A stretch of 64,000 nucleotides of DNA, from NCBI GenBank assembly GCA_016203945.1, contig JACQLT010000003.1, positions 10,958-74,957 of the forward strand. Direction: 5' to 3'. Origin of the DNA: Parcubacteria group bacterium. Lineage in GTDB: Bacteria; Patescibacteriota; Minisyncoccia; Minisyncoccales; UBA10102. Both the position numbers and the translations under genes were made by a program. Positions 46,679 through 54,836 of the stretch are shown here, piece by piece. The notes under the pieces are model-generated. The model was not told where the DNA came from. It was given only the letters and a program-made list of their open reading frames with translations, and made no database searches. The number at the start of each line of letters is the position of its first letter. The stretch's first letter is position 1.

Positions 46679-46700
46679 CAACTACGGGATTTTCTTTTAT
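46660..46700 (+). terminator. Hairpin plus T-run
   Basis: CCCGT (46660-46664) pairs with ACGGG (46684-46688), followed by attttctttt. Confidence 0.5.
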
Positions 46701-46706
46701 TTCAAA

Positions 46707-46937
46707 TCAGGCGCGATACGAAGAGAGCCAGTCGATCACCCGTTTGCGGTGCTGGGCCAATGACCACATGTTCCCGTGCTTGAAAAGCGCGGGGTATGCA
46801 CTTTGGAACTTTTTTAACATTGTAATAGAGGCCCGAGGAAAGCTTACGGGGATGTTTTTGTTGTACAACTCCAAAAATTTCGCAAGGGGTATTTGATCAA
46901 CGCTATGGTCTACCTCTTCTCGTCTTCTTCTCATCAT
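46707..46937 (-). CDS. Hypothetical 76-aa protein
   Basis: ORF only. It lies immediately downstream (minus sense) of repeat copy A. Confidence 0.35.
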   Translation of the reverse strand: MMRRRREEVDHSVDQIPLAKFLELYNKNIPVSFPRASITMLKKFQSAYPALFKHGNMWSLAQHRKRVIDWLSSYRA

Positions 46938-46978
46938 CTTGTATCATACAAAAAATCACCCCAAAAGTCAATCGTATG

Positions 46979-47062
46979 CTGTGTACCTCGGTCTAGAACC
47001 TTAGGTTTAAGAGGGGTTTTAGGGCTTTTTCAGAGTGTCTCATTGACCCGTCTCGGTCGGGG
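46979..47062. repeat. 84-bp repeat, copy A
   Basis: About 87% identical to 47738..47821 (hand alignment, about 11 mismatches). Confidence 0.85.
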
Positions 47063-47111
47063 TAGTTTTAGCACGAACGACCAATCTCGGTTACAGAAAG
47101 CAACCCTTAAT

Positions 47112-47657
47112 CTACTGAATTCCTTTTATATCTTCTTGTAGTATCTTAAGGGCTTCATCATGTTCTTTTTTATGACCTTCAATTTGTGTTGTCATCTCAA
47201 AAATCCTCACTGCTTCAATTAAATATCCTTCCCAGCCAGACTTACCATTATCTTTCAAGCAAGTACCCAAGGCGAAATAACTAAAAGGAAATTTAGGTTC
47301 GTCTTTTATTACCTCTTTGTATATATTTAAAGAATTCTCATCACATTTAAATTGCAGTTGGTCATCTCTTTCTTCATAGGTTCCCTTTAATAACTCACCA
47401 TTATTTGTGAAAGACCTACCCGTATAAACAGTTCCTCCTACTGCATTTAAAAAAGCTACATAGCCGTATTCTCTAAGAAGCTCATCATTCCCATCCGAAT
47501 AATTTACTATTGAATTAGGACTCTTAAATAATACTGGACTATTAAGTGCGTTTCTGTTGTCGATAGAAATATCAGAACCAAAAAACACATAGCCAAGCAC
47601 AAGAACGAATAACGGGAATACGATATATTTCATCCACCATTTTTCGTAAATTTTCAT
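47112..47657 (-). CDS. Hypothetical membrane-anchored 181-aa protein
   Basis: N-terminal TM (YIVFPLFVLVLGYVFFG), a possible TPR-like C-terminus, and a very AT-rich coding sequence. Confidence 0.55.
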   Translation of the reverse strand: MKIYEKWWMKYIVFPLFVLVLGYVFFGSDISIDNRNALNSPVLFKSPNSIVNYSDGNDELLREYGYVAFLNAVGGTVYTGRSFTNNGELLKGTYEERDDQLQFKCDENSLNIYKEVIKDEPKFPFSYFALGTCLKDNGKSGWEGYLIEAVRIFEMTTQIEGHKKEHDEALKILQEDIKGIQ

Positions 47658-47737
47658 AGCTATTAAAACTCTCTAGTGTGATGGACTTGTCTCAAACTGG
47701 CTATATACCTCAGTCACCTGACTTAGCATATGACGGC

Positions 47738-47821
47738 TGTGTACCTCGGTCTAGAACCGAGGGTTTAAGGGGGATTTCAGGGCTTTCTAAGGGTGTCTCA
47801 TCTACCCGTCTCGGTCGGGGA
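47738..47821. repeat. 84-bp repeat, copy B, with T-arm-like hairpin
   Basis: On the minus strand CTCGG-TTCTAGA-CCGAG aligns with the tRNA-Gln T arm CTTGG-TTCGAAT-CCAAG, with compensatory changes. It is preceded by the shared flank tcacctgacttagcatatgacggctg (47714-47739). Confidence 0.8.
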
Positions 47822-48490
47822 TTATTTTTTCTTTTCGTTATCTTTTCTTGTCCTATATTCCGTAATTTGCTTCGGCAAATCGTAAAGATATTTGAGTAAG
47901 TAATCAAGAAATTCTATTGCGTCTTTAATGTCTTGCGGATTTTTTGCAGCTTGTTCTGCCTTTGGATGAGCCGAGTCATTTCTCAATAATCTCAATTCAT
48001 CAGACCACTCCCTCATTATCGGGGGAAGAATACCTTTGGTGGCTAAATCGTTAATTTCGCTCTTGAGATCACTCCCAACGGCTTTATTCAGACGAAGGGC
48101 GACTTGTAAAACACTTCCTATCATTACTGCTGCCGCGTCCCAACTTTCATTCTTCACAGACTCATGCGCCTGCAACCAAAAACGCTGAACTTCTTCGGGC
48201 CAGTATTTCGGTGCTTCAATTTTTCCAACAACCCAAGGAAGAACTTGATAGTTATGCAGTCCACCGCCATATTCACTTGCCGACCATAAAACCATCACAT
48301 ATCCGGCACAATTTCCGCATTTGTAAGTATCGAAATTTAATTTTTTGCTTGAATTGGGTTTTTTCTTCTCAGCACGATGCTCAAGCGAAAAATTGCCTTC
48401 TTCCAAGCAGAAAGGGCATTGTATCTGGTAAAGAGATAGAGTATCTCCTCTAGATCCGTATCCTTCTCCTAGGCTCCACCAACTATCCAT
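47822..48490 (-). CDS. Zinc-ribbon + DUF4145 (HEPN-like) protein
   Basis: CPFC...CGNC at the N-terminus. The C-terminal region SWDAAAVMIGSVLQVALR...LRLLRNDSAHP carries an R-x4-H motif. The start is taken at MDSWW, because the ORF-track N-terminus runs into the tRNA. Confidence 0.65.
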   Translation of the reverse strand: MDSWWSLGEGYGSRGDTLSLYQIQCPFCLEEGNFSLEHRAEKKKPNSSKKLNFDTYKCGNCAGYVMVLWSASEYGGGLHNYQVLPWVVGKIEAPKYWPEEVQRFWLQAHESVKNESWDAAAVMIGSVLQVALRLNKAVGSDLKSEINDLATKGILPPIMREWSDELRLLRNDSAHPKAEQAAKNPQDIKDAIEFLDYLLKYLYDLPKQITEYRTRKDNEKKK

Positions 48491-48553
48491 AATATGTGTA
48501 AGTAGTTTAATTATTACCGATGCATCTCGGTCATCTGACTTAGCATATGACGG

Positions 48554-48624
48554 CTGCCGGGCTTGGATTCGAACCAAGATACCTACCTCCAAAGGGTAGT
48601 GTCCTACCGTTAGACGACCCGGCA
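48554..48624 (-). tRNA. tRNA-Gln (anticodon UUG)
   Basis: Read on the minus strand: acceptor TGCCGGG/CCCGGCA (U1-A72), anticodon arm CTACC-CTTTGGA-GGTAG, T arm CTTGG-TTCGAAT-CCAAG, discriminator G. Confidence 0.88.
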
Positions 48625-48628
48625 ATAT

Positions 48629-49744
48629 TTACTTTCGTTCGCAAGTTTCAATGATTGCGAGTTCAAGAGGAAGTTGCGGAATGTAGGCATACTTCATCTT
48701 GTTCTCAGCGGCAAGGAACAACTCCACCGCTTTCTGCAGGTCCCGCTCTTCCCAAAGAGCGGTCTGCTTTTTCATCCTCTCTTTCTGTTCCTTTGTATAT
48801 CCTGCGAGCAGCACGTTCTCAAGGTCTGGACTAATTTTTACTAACAGGGAATATCTCAAATGCGTGGCGAGCGCCTTTGCAAACTCATAAGGATCACTCC
48901 CCTGCTCTAAGGCACTGGAAAGAAACCCTATGGCTTCTTTTCCCTTCCTCTCCACGAGTAATTGAGCCAGCTGCGCCACTAGGTTAATATCCACCAGCCC
49001 CAGGAGCTCTTTTACCTGATCTGCGTCAATCCCCTTCTTCTTTGTACCCGAGCCAAGCTGAAAAGTCAAAACTTTGTCAAGAATGCTTTCCGCGTCCCGC
49101 AGGGAGCCCTGGGCCGCCAAAGCGATGAGTTCAAGGGCCGCTTTTTCCACCTCCAAATGTTCTTTCTTTGCCAATGTGTTGAGGCGCTGCACCATCTCTT
49201 CTGCCCTGAGCTTGCGAAAATCAAAGCGCTGGCACCGGGACATAATGGTCCCTATCATCTTGTGCGTCTCGGTCGTAGCCAGGATGAATATGGCGTGAGC
49301 AGGGGGCTCTTCTAAGGTCTTGAGCAAGGCGTTTGCGGCTTCCTTGGTGAGCTGATGGGCTTCGTCAATCACAAACACCTTGTACTTGAGCTTGACTGGC
49401 ATGAACTTGATGCCCTCTTTGAGTTCTCGGATCTCGTCTATGCCCCTGTTCGAGGCGGCGTCAATCTCAACCAAATCCATGGCCCTTCCCCCGTTTATCT
49501 CCTGGCAGGCAGAACACGCATTGCACGGCTCTCCGTCTTTGCCGAGCTTCTCGCAGTTCACCGCTTTCGCAAGCAGGCGCGCCATGGTTGTCTTCCCGGA
49601 TCCTCTGGTTCCGCAAAAGAGATACGCATGAGAAACTAGGCCGTGTGCCAAGGCGTTCTTTAACGTCTGCACTACGTGCTCTTGTCCAATGATCTCTGCA
49701 AAGGTTTTCGGCCTGTATTTTCTGTAAAGCGCGAGGGAAGCCAT
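48629..49744 (-). CDS. dnaX: DNA polymerase III subunit gamma/tau
   Basis: YRPKTFAEIIGQEHV, GTRGSGKTT, a CxxC zinc module and VFVIDEAHQL. Confidence 0.92.
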   Translation of the reverse strand: MASLALYRKYRPKTFAEIIGQEHVVQTLKNALAHGLVSHAYLFCGTRGSGKTTMARLLAKAVNCEKLGKDGEPCNACSACQEINGGRAMDLVEIDAASNRGIDEIRELKEGIKFMPVKLKYKVFVIDEAHQLTKEAANALLKTLEEPPAHAIFILATTETHKMIGTIMSRCQRFDFRKLRAEEMVQRLNTLAKKEHLEVEKAALELIALAAQGSLRDAESILDKVLTFQLGSGTKKKGIDADQVKELLGLVDINLVAQLAQLLVERKGKEAIGFLSSALEQGSDPYEFAKALATHLRYSLLVKISPDLENVLLAGYTKEQKERMKKQTALWEERDLQKAVELFLAAENKMKYAYIPQLPLELAIIETCERK

Positions 49745-49746
49745 GA

Positions 49747-50349
49747 CTATATCTTAAACACGAAGAGTTTGTACCCAAAAAAGTTCCACGCCAAAGAAAC
49801 AAAGGCTGCAACGACAGCTCCCACGTTCGCCCAGAGCGCTTTGGAAAAACCAAATTGCGGACCTATGACGTTTACCACAAAAGAGGCAGCCCCTACGTTA
49901 ATGACAAACCCTAAGCCACTTACAGCAAAGAATTGCAAGAATTCCTGCCAGGCGGTTTTATCAACATTCTTTTTTGGAAAGGTCCAATATTTGTTCCAGA
50001 AATAGCTGTTTATGACCGCAGTCAAAAAGGAAGTCCCTTTGAACAGGGAGTATGAGAAGCCAGAGGCTGCTCCCGTAAGAGCGATGAGGAAATTGAGCAC
50101 TCCAAGATCAATAAAGGAGTTGAGCGCTCCGACAAGAAGAAACCTTGCCGCCTGAAACAGTGCAGGCAAGGTACGGGCTATCGCGGAAGCCACGACAATG
50201 CCTACGGCAGACAGAGCAGGAAAGAGTATGAGGATGGCCGGAAGATACGGCACAGAAAATTCCTCGAGGTTATTTGCCACGCTGAGAAAAAATACCGCAA
50301 TCAAGAATCCTGCGAGTGCTGCAAGTACAATATCTTTTTTTGTTGCCAT
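49747..50349 (-). CDS. GtrA-family membrane protein
   Basis: 200 aa, 4 TM, with RFLLVGALNSFIDLGVLNFL and YFWNKYWTF motifs. The start is taken at MATKKD. The 200-codon upstream extension was rejected. Confidence 0.8.
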   Translation of the reverse strand: MATKKDIVLAALAGFLIAVFFLSVANNLEEFSVPYLPAILILFPALSAVGIVVASAIARTLPALFQAARFLLVGALNSFIDLGVLNFLIALTGAASGFSYSLFKGTSFLTAVINSYFWNKYWTFPKKNVDKTAWQEFLQFFAVSGLGFVINVGAASFVVNVIGPQFGFSKALWANVGAVVAAFVSLAWNFFGYKLFVFKI

Positions 50350-50377
50350 ATAGGGTATCGTATCACAAAAGTTTACA

Positions 50378-50406
50378 TAAAAAAAGGAACGAGACATGGT
50401 CTCGTT
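50378..50406 (-). terminator. Rho-independent terminator 29 nt upstream of the gtrA start
   Basis: On the minus strand: AACGAGAC-CAT-GTCTCGTT followed by cctttttttatg. Confidence 0.75.
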
Positions 50407-50944
50407 TTTAGAATGTGGTTGGGTGCCTGGGGCACCGGAGCAGCTATGAGGTCCGCTCCGATGCCCCAGGCCCTGCAGGGCCTTTTGCCGGTGTCCCCAC
50501 GGCACTGGCACTGGCATTAGGCGCCGGCGCCGGCGTTCAGCTCGACGAGCTGATTTTCGTCTTCTGCCCGGGCATCGTATGGACGCGCATCGTGTGAGAT
50601 TCCTTTCCCACAATCTCGGACTACGTGCCGAGCCGGGAAAACCACCTGAAGGAACAATCCTTCGGCCTTCCTTTCCATTCCCAAGCCCTGAAGCACAGGC
50701 GCAGAAAGGAATTCCGAAGTTTTCACAGCATAGCATATGGCTGGAGTTTGTCAATAGGTAAGATTCAGGAGCCATACATGATGGCTCCTTTGAGGAGAGA
50801 GTGGGATTGGGAAAGTGCTGAAAGTGCTTTTCTGCGTCTAGGGGGGTAGAGATCGCGAATGAATTCTTTTCTCGTCTGCACGAGATGTGAGACCGATATC
50901 GAGCAAGCCTGGTCTCGTCTGGAAAGAAACGCCCTGACCTCTCC
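50378..50944 (-). ncRNA. About 567-nt promoter-to-terminator unit without credible ORF (candidate large structured RNA or leader)
   Basis: Starts at the promoter at 50951-50979. Contains many GC-rich hairpins, e.g. AGGAGCCAT/ATGGCTCCT (50767-50789) and CCTGGGGCA..CGGAGC/GCTCCG..TGCCCCAGG (50426-50470). Ends at the terminator at 50378-50406. Confidence 0.3.
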
Positions 50945-50950
50945 ACCCTC

Positions 50951-50979
50951 ATTATCCCACCTGCAAACTACCCCGTCAA
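50951..50979 (-). promoter_or_regulatory. Near-consensus promoter (minus strand)
   Basis: TTGACG (50979-50974), 17 nt of spacer, then GATAAT (50956-50951). Confidence 0.55.
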
Positions 50980-51018
50980 CCCATGCTAAAGCCTCAAGGT
51001 ATGGTATACTAAATATAT

Positions 51019-52413
51019 ATGATGCGCGCGTATAACTCCCTTACGAAGAAGAAAGAAGAAATAAAGCCGGGACAAGGCAAAAAGATCAAACTGTTTGTTT
51101 GCGGACCTACGGCATACGACTTCTCGCATCTCGGGCACGCGAGAACATATATCGTCTTTGACGCCATGGTCAGATACTGGAGATCCCTTGGCTTTGGCGT
51201 CTTCTACCTCCAGAACATCACGGACATTGATGACAAGATCATCCAAAGGGCCACAGAGCAAGGACAAGATCCCCTGACTCTAGCCGATACCTTTGCCGAG
51301 TATTACTTTGAAGATATGGAAGTTCTTGGCATACGAAGCGTGAGCAAATACGCCAAGGCGACTAATTATATCCAGGAAATCATCTCCCAGGTGCAACGCT
51401 TGGAAGAACAGGGATACGCATATCGTATTGAGGATGGCGTCTACTACGACGTCACCAAGTTCAAGGGATACGGAAAGCTTTCTGGAAGAACGACTGAGGG
51501 GGCAGAAGACGCTGTCTCCCGCATTGACGAATCAATAACAAAAAGGCACAAGGCAGACTTTGCCCTCTGGAAACTTTCCAAGGAGGATGAGCTCGCCTGG
51601 ACGAGTCCCTGGGGGGACGGCCGCCCTGGCTGGCATATTGAAGACACCGCAATCACGGAAAAGGAGCTTGGCGAGCAGTACGACGTTCACGGAGGAGCAC
51701 GCGACCTTCTCTTCCCTCATCATGAAGCCGAAATAGCCCAAATGGAGGCGCTCTCCGGCAAGGCACCCCTGGTGAAGCACTGGATCCATACGGGACTCCT
51801 CACCGTTGAAGAGGAGAAGATGGCAAAGTCGCAGGGCAACTTCATCACCATCAGGGAGTTTATTGAAGAATATTCTGCGCGGGCAATGCGTTTCCTCATC
51901 CTTAGCTCTCACTGGCACTCCCCTATTGACTACTCGACGGCTCTGGTTCAGCAGACGGAACAAGATCTCAAACGCATTGATGAATTTTTATCAAAGCTGG
52001 AATCCGTTGAAAGCTCGAATAGAACCAATGCGTGGCAGAAACCTCTCAAGAGGTCAGAGAAAGAATTTTGGGCGGCCCTAGAAGACGATTTCCACACGCC
52101 AAAAGCAATCGCCTCTCTCTTCAACCTCATCCGCTCCGTCAATCCTCTGTTTTCAAATAATGAATTGAACAAGGAAGGAGCTCAGACAATCCTCGCGTTT
52201 CTTCAGAAAGCAGACGAAGTACTCAGTTTTCTGTTCTGGGGCAGAGAAGAAACAGAAGAAGCTCCTCAGGAAATCCAAACACTTCTGGAAGAGCGCGAGC
52301 AAGCAAGAGCATTAAATGACTGGAGCAAAGCAGACGAGCTGAGAGATCGCATAGCCAAGGTTGGTTGGCAGATAGACGACACTTCTGACGGCCCTCGCCT
52401 TAAGAAGCAATAA
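51019..52413 (+). CDS. cysS: Cysteinyl-tRNA synthetase (canonical)
   Basis: VCGPTAYDFSHLGHA and KMAKSQGN, plus a full C-terminal anticodon-binding region ending WSKADELRDRIAKVGWQIDD. Confidence 0.93.
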   Translation: MMRAYNSLTKKKEEIKPGQGKKIKLFVCGPTAYDFSHLGHARTYIVFDAMVRYWRSLGFGVFYLQNITDIDDKIIQRATEQGQDPLTLADTFAEYYFEDMEVLGIRSVSKYAKATNYIQEIISQVQRLEEQGYAYRIEDGVYYDVTKFKGYGKLSGRTTEGAEDAVSRIDESITKRHKADFALWKLSKEDELAWTSPWGDGRPGWHIEDTAITEKELGEQYDVHGGARDLLFPHHEAEIAQMEALSGKAPLVKHWIHTGLLTVEEEKMAKSQGNFITIREFIEEYSARAMRFLILSSHWHSPIDYSTALVQQTEQDLKRIDEFLSKLESVESSNRTNAWQKPLKRSEKEFWAALEDDFHTPKAIASLFNLIRSVNPLFSNNELNKEGAQTILAFLQKADEVLSFLFWGREETEEAPQEIQTLLEEREQARALNDWSKADELRDRIAKVGWQIDDTSDGPRLKKQ

Positions 52414-52460
52414 CGTGTTTGCCAGGAATATCTCAAAAGAGTAGGATAAAAACCACTCGC

Positions 52461-53861
52461 ATGCCAGAGAAAACGTCTCATTCGTTTACGCTTCCAGACC
52501 GCCTTCCTCCGCAGAACGTGGAGGCGGAGATGTCTTTGCTGGGTTCTTTAATGCTGGACAAAGACGCATTCACCAAGGTTGGAGATTTCTTGGAGGTTCG
52601 CGACTTCTACAAGGAACAGCATCAGAAAATCTATGAAGCCATCGTTGACCTATTTGAAAGGAGAGAATCCATAGACGTGTTGTCGGTGACGGCGCGCCTC
52701 AAGGAAAAGAACCAACTGGAAGGCGTTGGGGGTTCTGGCTATCTCACCGAGCTCATCAACATCGTGCCCACGGCCTCACACGTGCTCAGCTACGCAAAGC
52801 AGGTGCAAAAAAAGCGGGTACTGCGCGACCTCATTTCAGCTTCTTCTGATATAGGCATGCTTGGCTACAACGAGTCAGAGGATCCCGAGGTGCTTGTTGA
52901 CCAGGCAGAAGCCAGGATTTTTTCCATTGCTCAGCACGCTCTCTCTCAGAACTTTGTCCTTGTCAAAGACATTCTGGAAGAAGCGTTTGAGCGCATTGAC
53001 CTGCTTTCAAAGCATGAGAAAGGAACGCGGGGCGTTCCTACGGGATTTGCCGACTTGGACAATATTCTTTCAGGGCTCCAGAAATCAGACCTCGTCATTC
53101 TGGCTGCCCGTCCTTCGATGGGCAAATCTTCTCTTGCTTTGGACGTGGCAAGGAGGGTTGCGATACAACACAAGATTCCGGTGGGCCTATTCAGCTTGGA
53201 AATGTCGAAGGATCAGGTCATAGATAGATTGCTGGCTTCTCAAGCCCAAGTTGACCTTTGGAGGCTGCGTACCGGCAAACTCTCTTCGCAGGGCGCAGAG
53301 AACGACTTTGAGCGCATTCAGCATGCCATGGGAGAGCTTTCCGAAGCCCCTATCTTCATTGAAGACGCGGCTTCCATCAATGTTCTGCAAATGAGGGCAA
53401 TGGCCCGTCGCCTGCAGGCAAACCACGGCTTGGGCTTGCTTATCGTAGACTATCTCCAGCTCATTGAGCCCAGAAATACCCAGGCTCCTATAGTGCAGCA
53501 GGTCACTGAAATATCGCGTTCCCTCAAGGGACTGGCAAGAGAGCTGAACGTACCAGTTCTTGCCTTATCTCAACTCTCACGCGCGGTGGAACAGCGTGTT
53601 CCTCAGCGTCCCCGGCTATCCGACCTCAGAGAGTCTGGGTCTTTGGAACAAGATGCAGACGTCGTACTCTTTATTTACCGGGAAGACCGATACCGTCAAG
53701 ACAGCCAGCAAAAGAACATCGCCGAGATCATCGTGGCAAAGCACCGGAACGGCCCCGTCGGAGGAACAAAGCTCTACTTTGACGAAAAGACCGTGAGTTT
53801 CCGCGACCTTGCCAAGGGCATGGACTATGAAGAGGCAGGGGGAGACGAGTTCGGATTGTAA
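52461..53861 (+). CDS. dnaB: Replicative DNA helicase
   Basis: PPQNVEAEMSLLGSLMLD, Walker A ARPSMGKSS, and the RecA-like C-terminal domain. Confidence 0.95.
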   Translation: MPEKTSHSFTLPDRLPPQNVEAEMSLLGSLMLDKDAFTKVGDFLEVRDFYKEQHQKIYEAIVDLFERRESIDVLSVTARLKEKNQLEGVGGSGYLTELINIVPTASHVLSYAKQVQKKRVLRDLISASSDIGMLGYNESEDPEVLVDQAEARIFSIAQHALSQNFVLVKDILEEAFERIDLLSKHEKGTRGVPTGFADLDNILSGLQKSDLVILAARPSMGKSSLALDVARRVAIQHKIPVGLFSLEMSKDQVIDRLLASQAQVDLWRLRTGKLSSQGAENDFERIQHAMGELSEAPIFIEDAASINVLQMRAMARRLQANHGLGLLIVDYLQLIEPRNTQAPIVQQVTEISRSLKGLARELNVPVLALSQLSRAVEQRVPQRPRLSDLRESGSLEQDADVVLFIYREDRYRQDSQQKNIAEIIVAKHRNGPVGGTKLYFDEKTVSFRDLAKGMDYEEAGGDEFGL

Positions 53862-53864
53862 TCC

Positions 53865-54494
53865 ATGTATCCAGAACCCATCCAGAAGTTAGCCGTCTTC
53901 TTTGCTCGGTTGCCTGGCATAGGACCTCGCATGGCTTCGCGATTCGCCTTCTATCTTTTGAAGGTGCCAGAACAGGAAGCTCAAGAACTTGGAGAAGCGT
54001 TGCTTCAGCTTCACAAGCGCATGCGCCTGTGCGCTTTTTGTTTCAACCCGTTCTCTCCCTCGGCAGGCTCGGGAGAAACCCTTTGCGCCATTTGCGCTGA
54101 CGCGCGAAGAGAAAAAACCACGCTTTGCATCGTTGAAAAAGAAGGCGACCTGGAAGCATTGGAAGCAACCAAGGCATACCGCGGCCTGTATTTCATTCTT
54201 GGAGGAACCGTAGGAATGCTTCGCAAGGTAGATATGAAGCATTTGAGGCTGGAAGAACTGAAAGAACGCCTTGCGAATCCAAAAAAGTTTAATATTGCTT
54301 CAGATGGATTTTCCGAAGCAATCTTCGCCATGAACCTTACGACCGAAGGCGAAGCCACGGCCCTTTATCTTGAGCGGCTGCTCAATCCTATGCATATAAA
54401 AACAACCCGCCTCGGACGGGGACTCCCCGTAGGAGGAGAGCTGGAGTACTCAGACCCTGAAACCCTCCGTCAATCCCTTGAAAACCGCCGCTAA
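53865..54494 (+). CDS. recR: Recombination protein RecR
   Basis: LPGIGPRMASRFAFYLL HhH, a C4 zinc finger and a Toprim domain. Confidence 0.93.
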   Translation: MYPEPIQKLAVFFARLPGIGPRMASRFAFYLLKVPEQEAQELGEALLQLHKRMRLCAFCFNPFSPSAGSGETLCAICADARREKTTLCIVEKEGDLEALEATKAYRGLYFILGGTVGMLRKVDMKHLRLEELKERLANPKKFNIASDGFSEAIFAMNLTTEGEATALYLERLLNPMHIKTTRLGRGLPVGGELEYSDPETLRQSLENRR

Positions 54495-54562
54495 CCAATC
54501 TTCTATCCTTGGCCGAACCAAGGTATGGCCAAGGTATGGGCAACTTGGTCGGACTAAGGAAA

Positions 54563-54835
54563 TTAGGGGAGGAAGCGGGTGACGAAGTACGCAACTGCGG
54601 TAAAGCAGAGTAAGATCACAGTTCCCAGAGCAAACATTTTCGGGGTGGAATCTCGGTATTTTCCCATGGCATAGTTATACACGTGGCCGCTTTCCATAAT
54701 ACAGGCAGAAAGGAATATGATTCCCCAGCTCTGCTGTGCCAAGCCATATCCTAAAAGCGCAAAACCCACGAAGTGAGTTGTATGGTTGATAACTCCTGAA
54801 TGAAATTCTCCAAAAAAGAATCGCAGAGTTTTCAC
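54563..54835 (-). CDS. Hypothetical 3-TM membrane protein (DUF962/Mpo1-like pattern, weak)
   Basis: FHSGVINHTTHFVGFALL and ESGHVYNY His motifs. A GTG start lies 1 nt after the rplU stop. Confidence 0.45.
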   Translation of the reverse strand: MKTLRFFFGEFHSGVINHTTHFVGFALLGYGLAQQSWGIIFLSACIMESGHVYNYAMGKYRDSTPKMFALGTVILLCFTAVAYFVTRFLP

Positions 54836-54836
54836 C

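Larger units (their letters stand above)
46340..48553. other. Accessory cassette array anchored at tRNA-Gln
   Basis: Four orphan genes. Base composition looks low-GC by eye for 47112..48490. The cassettes are separated by two 84-bp repeats and a 26-34-bp direct repeat shared with the tRNA-Gln 3' flank. Confidence 0.5.

Noticed and set aside
47738-47821. Repeat B (and repeat A) as functional tRNA genes.
   Set aside because: Only a T-arm-like hairpin is present. There is no 5' acceptor strand complementary to GTACACA, and no pairable anticodon stem.
50517-50567. A tmRNA-like tag frame on the minus strand: GCA GAA GAC GAA AAT ... GCC TAA, encoding AEDENQLVELNAGAGA. It resembles the ANDEN-type tag start.
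   Set aside because: There is no T-arm (GGTTCGA-type loop) anywhere in the unit and no G3:U70 acceptor stem. Only about 125 nt follow the stop, and the tag does not end in the usual LAA/VAA.
49747-50952. A 401-aa ORF that would give GtrA a 200-aa N-terminal extension. An open frame of this length is unusual.
   Set aside because: The extension is R/S/C/P/H-rich and looks like no protein. It contains a complete intrinsic terminator and starts inside the -10 element of the promoter. The GtrA domain begins cleanly at MATKKD.
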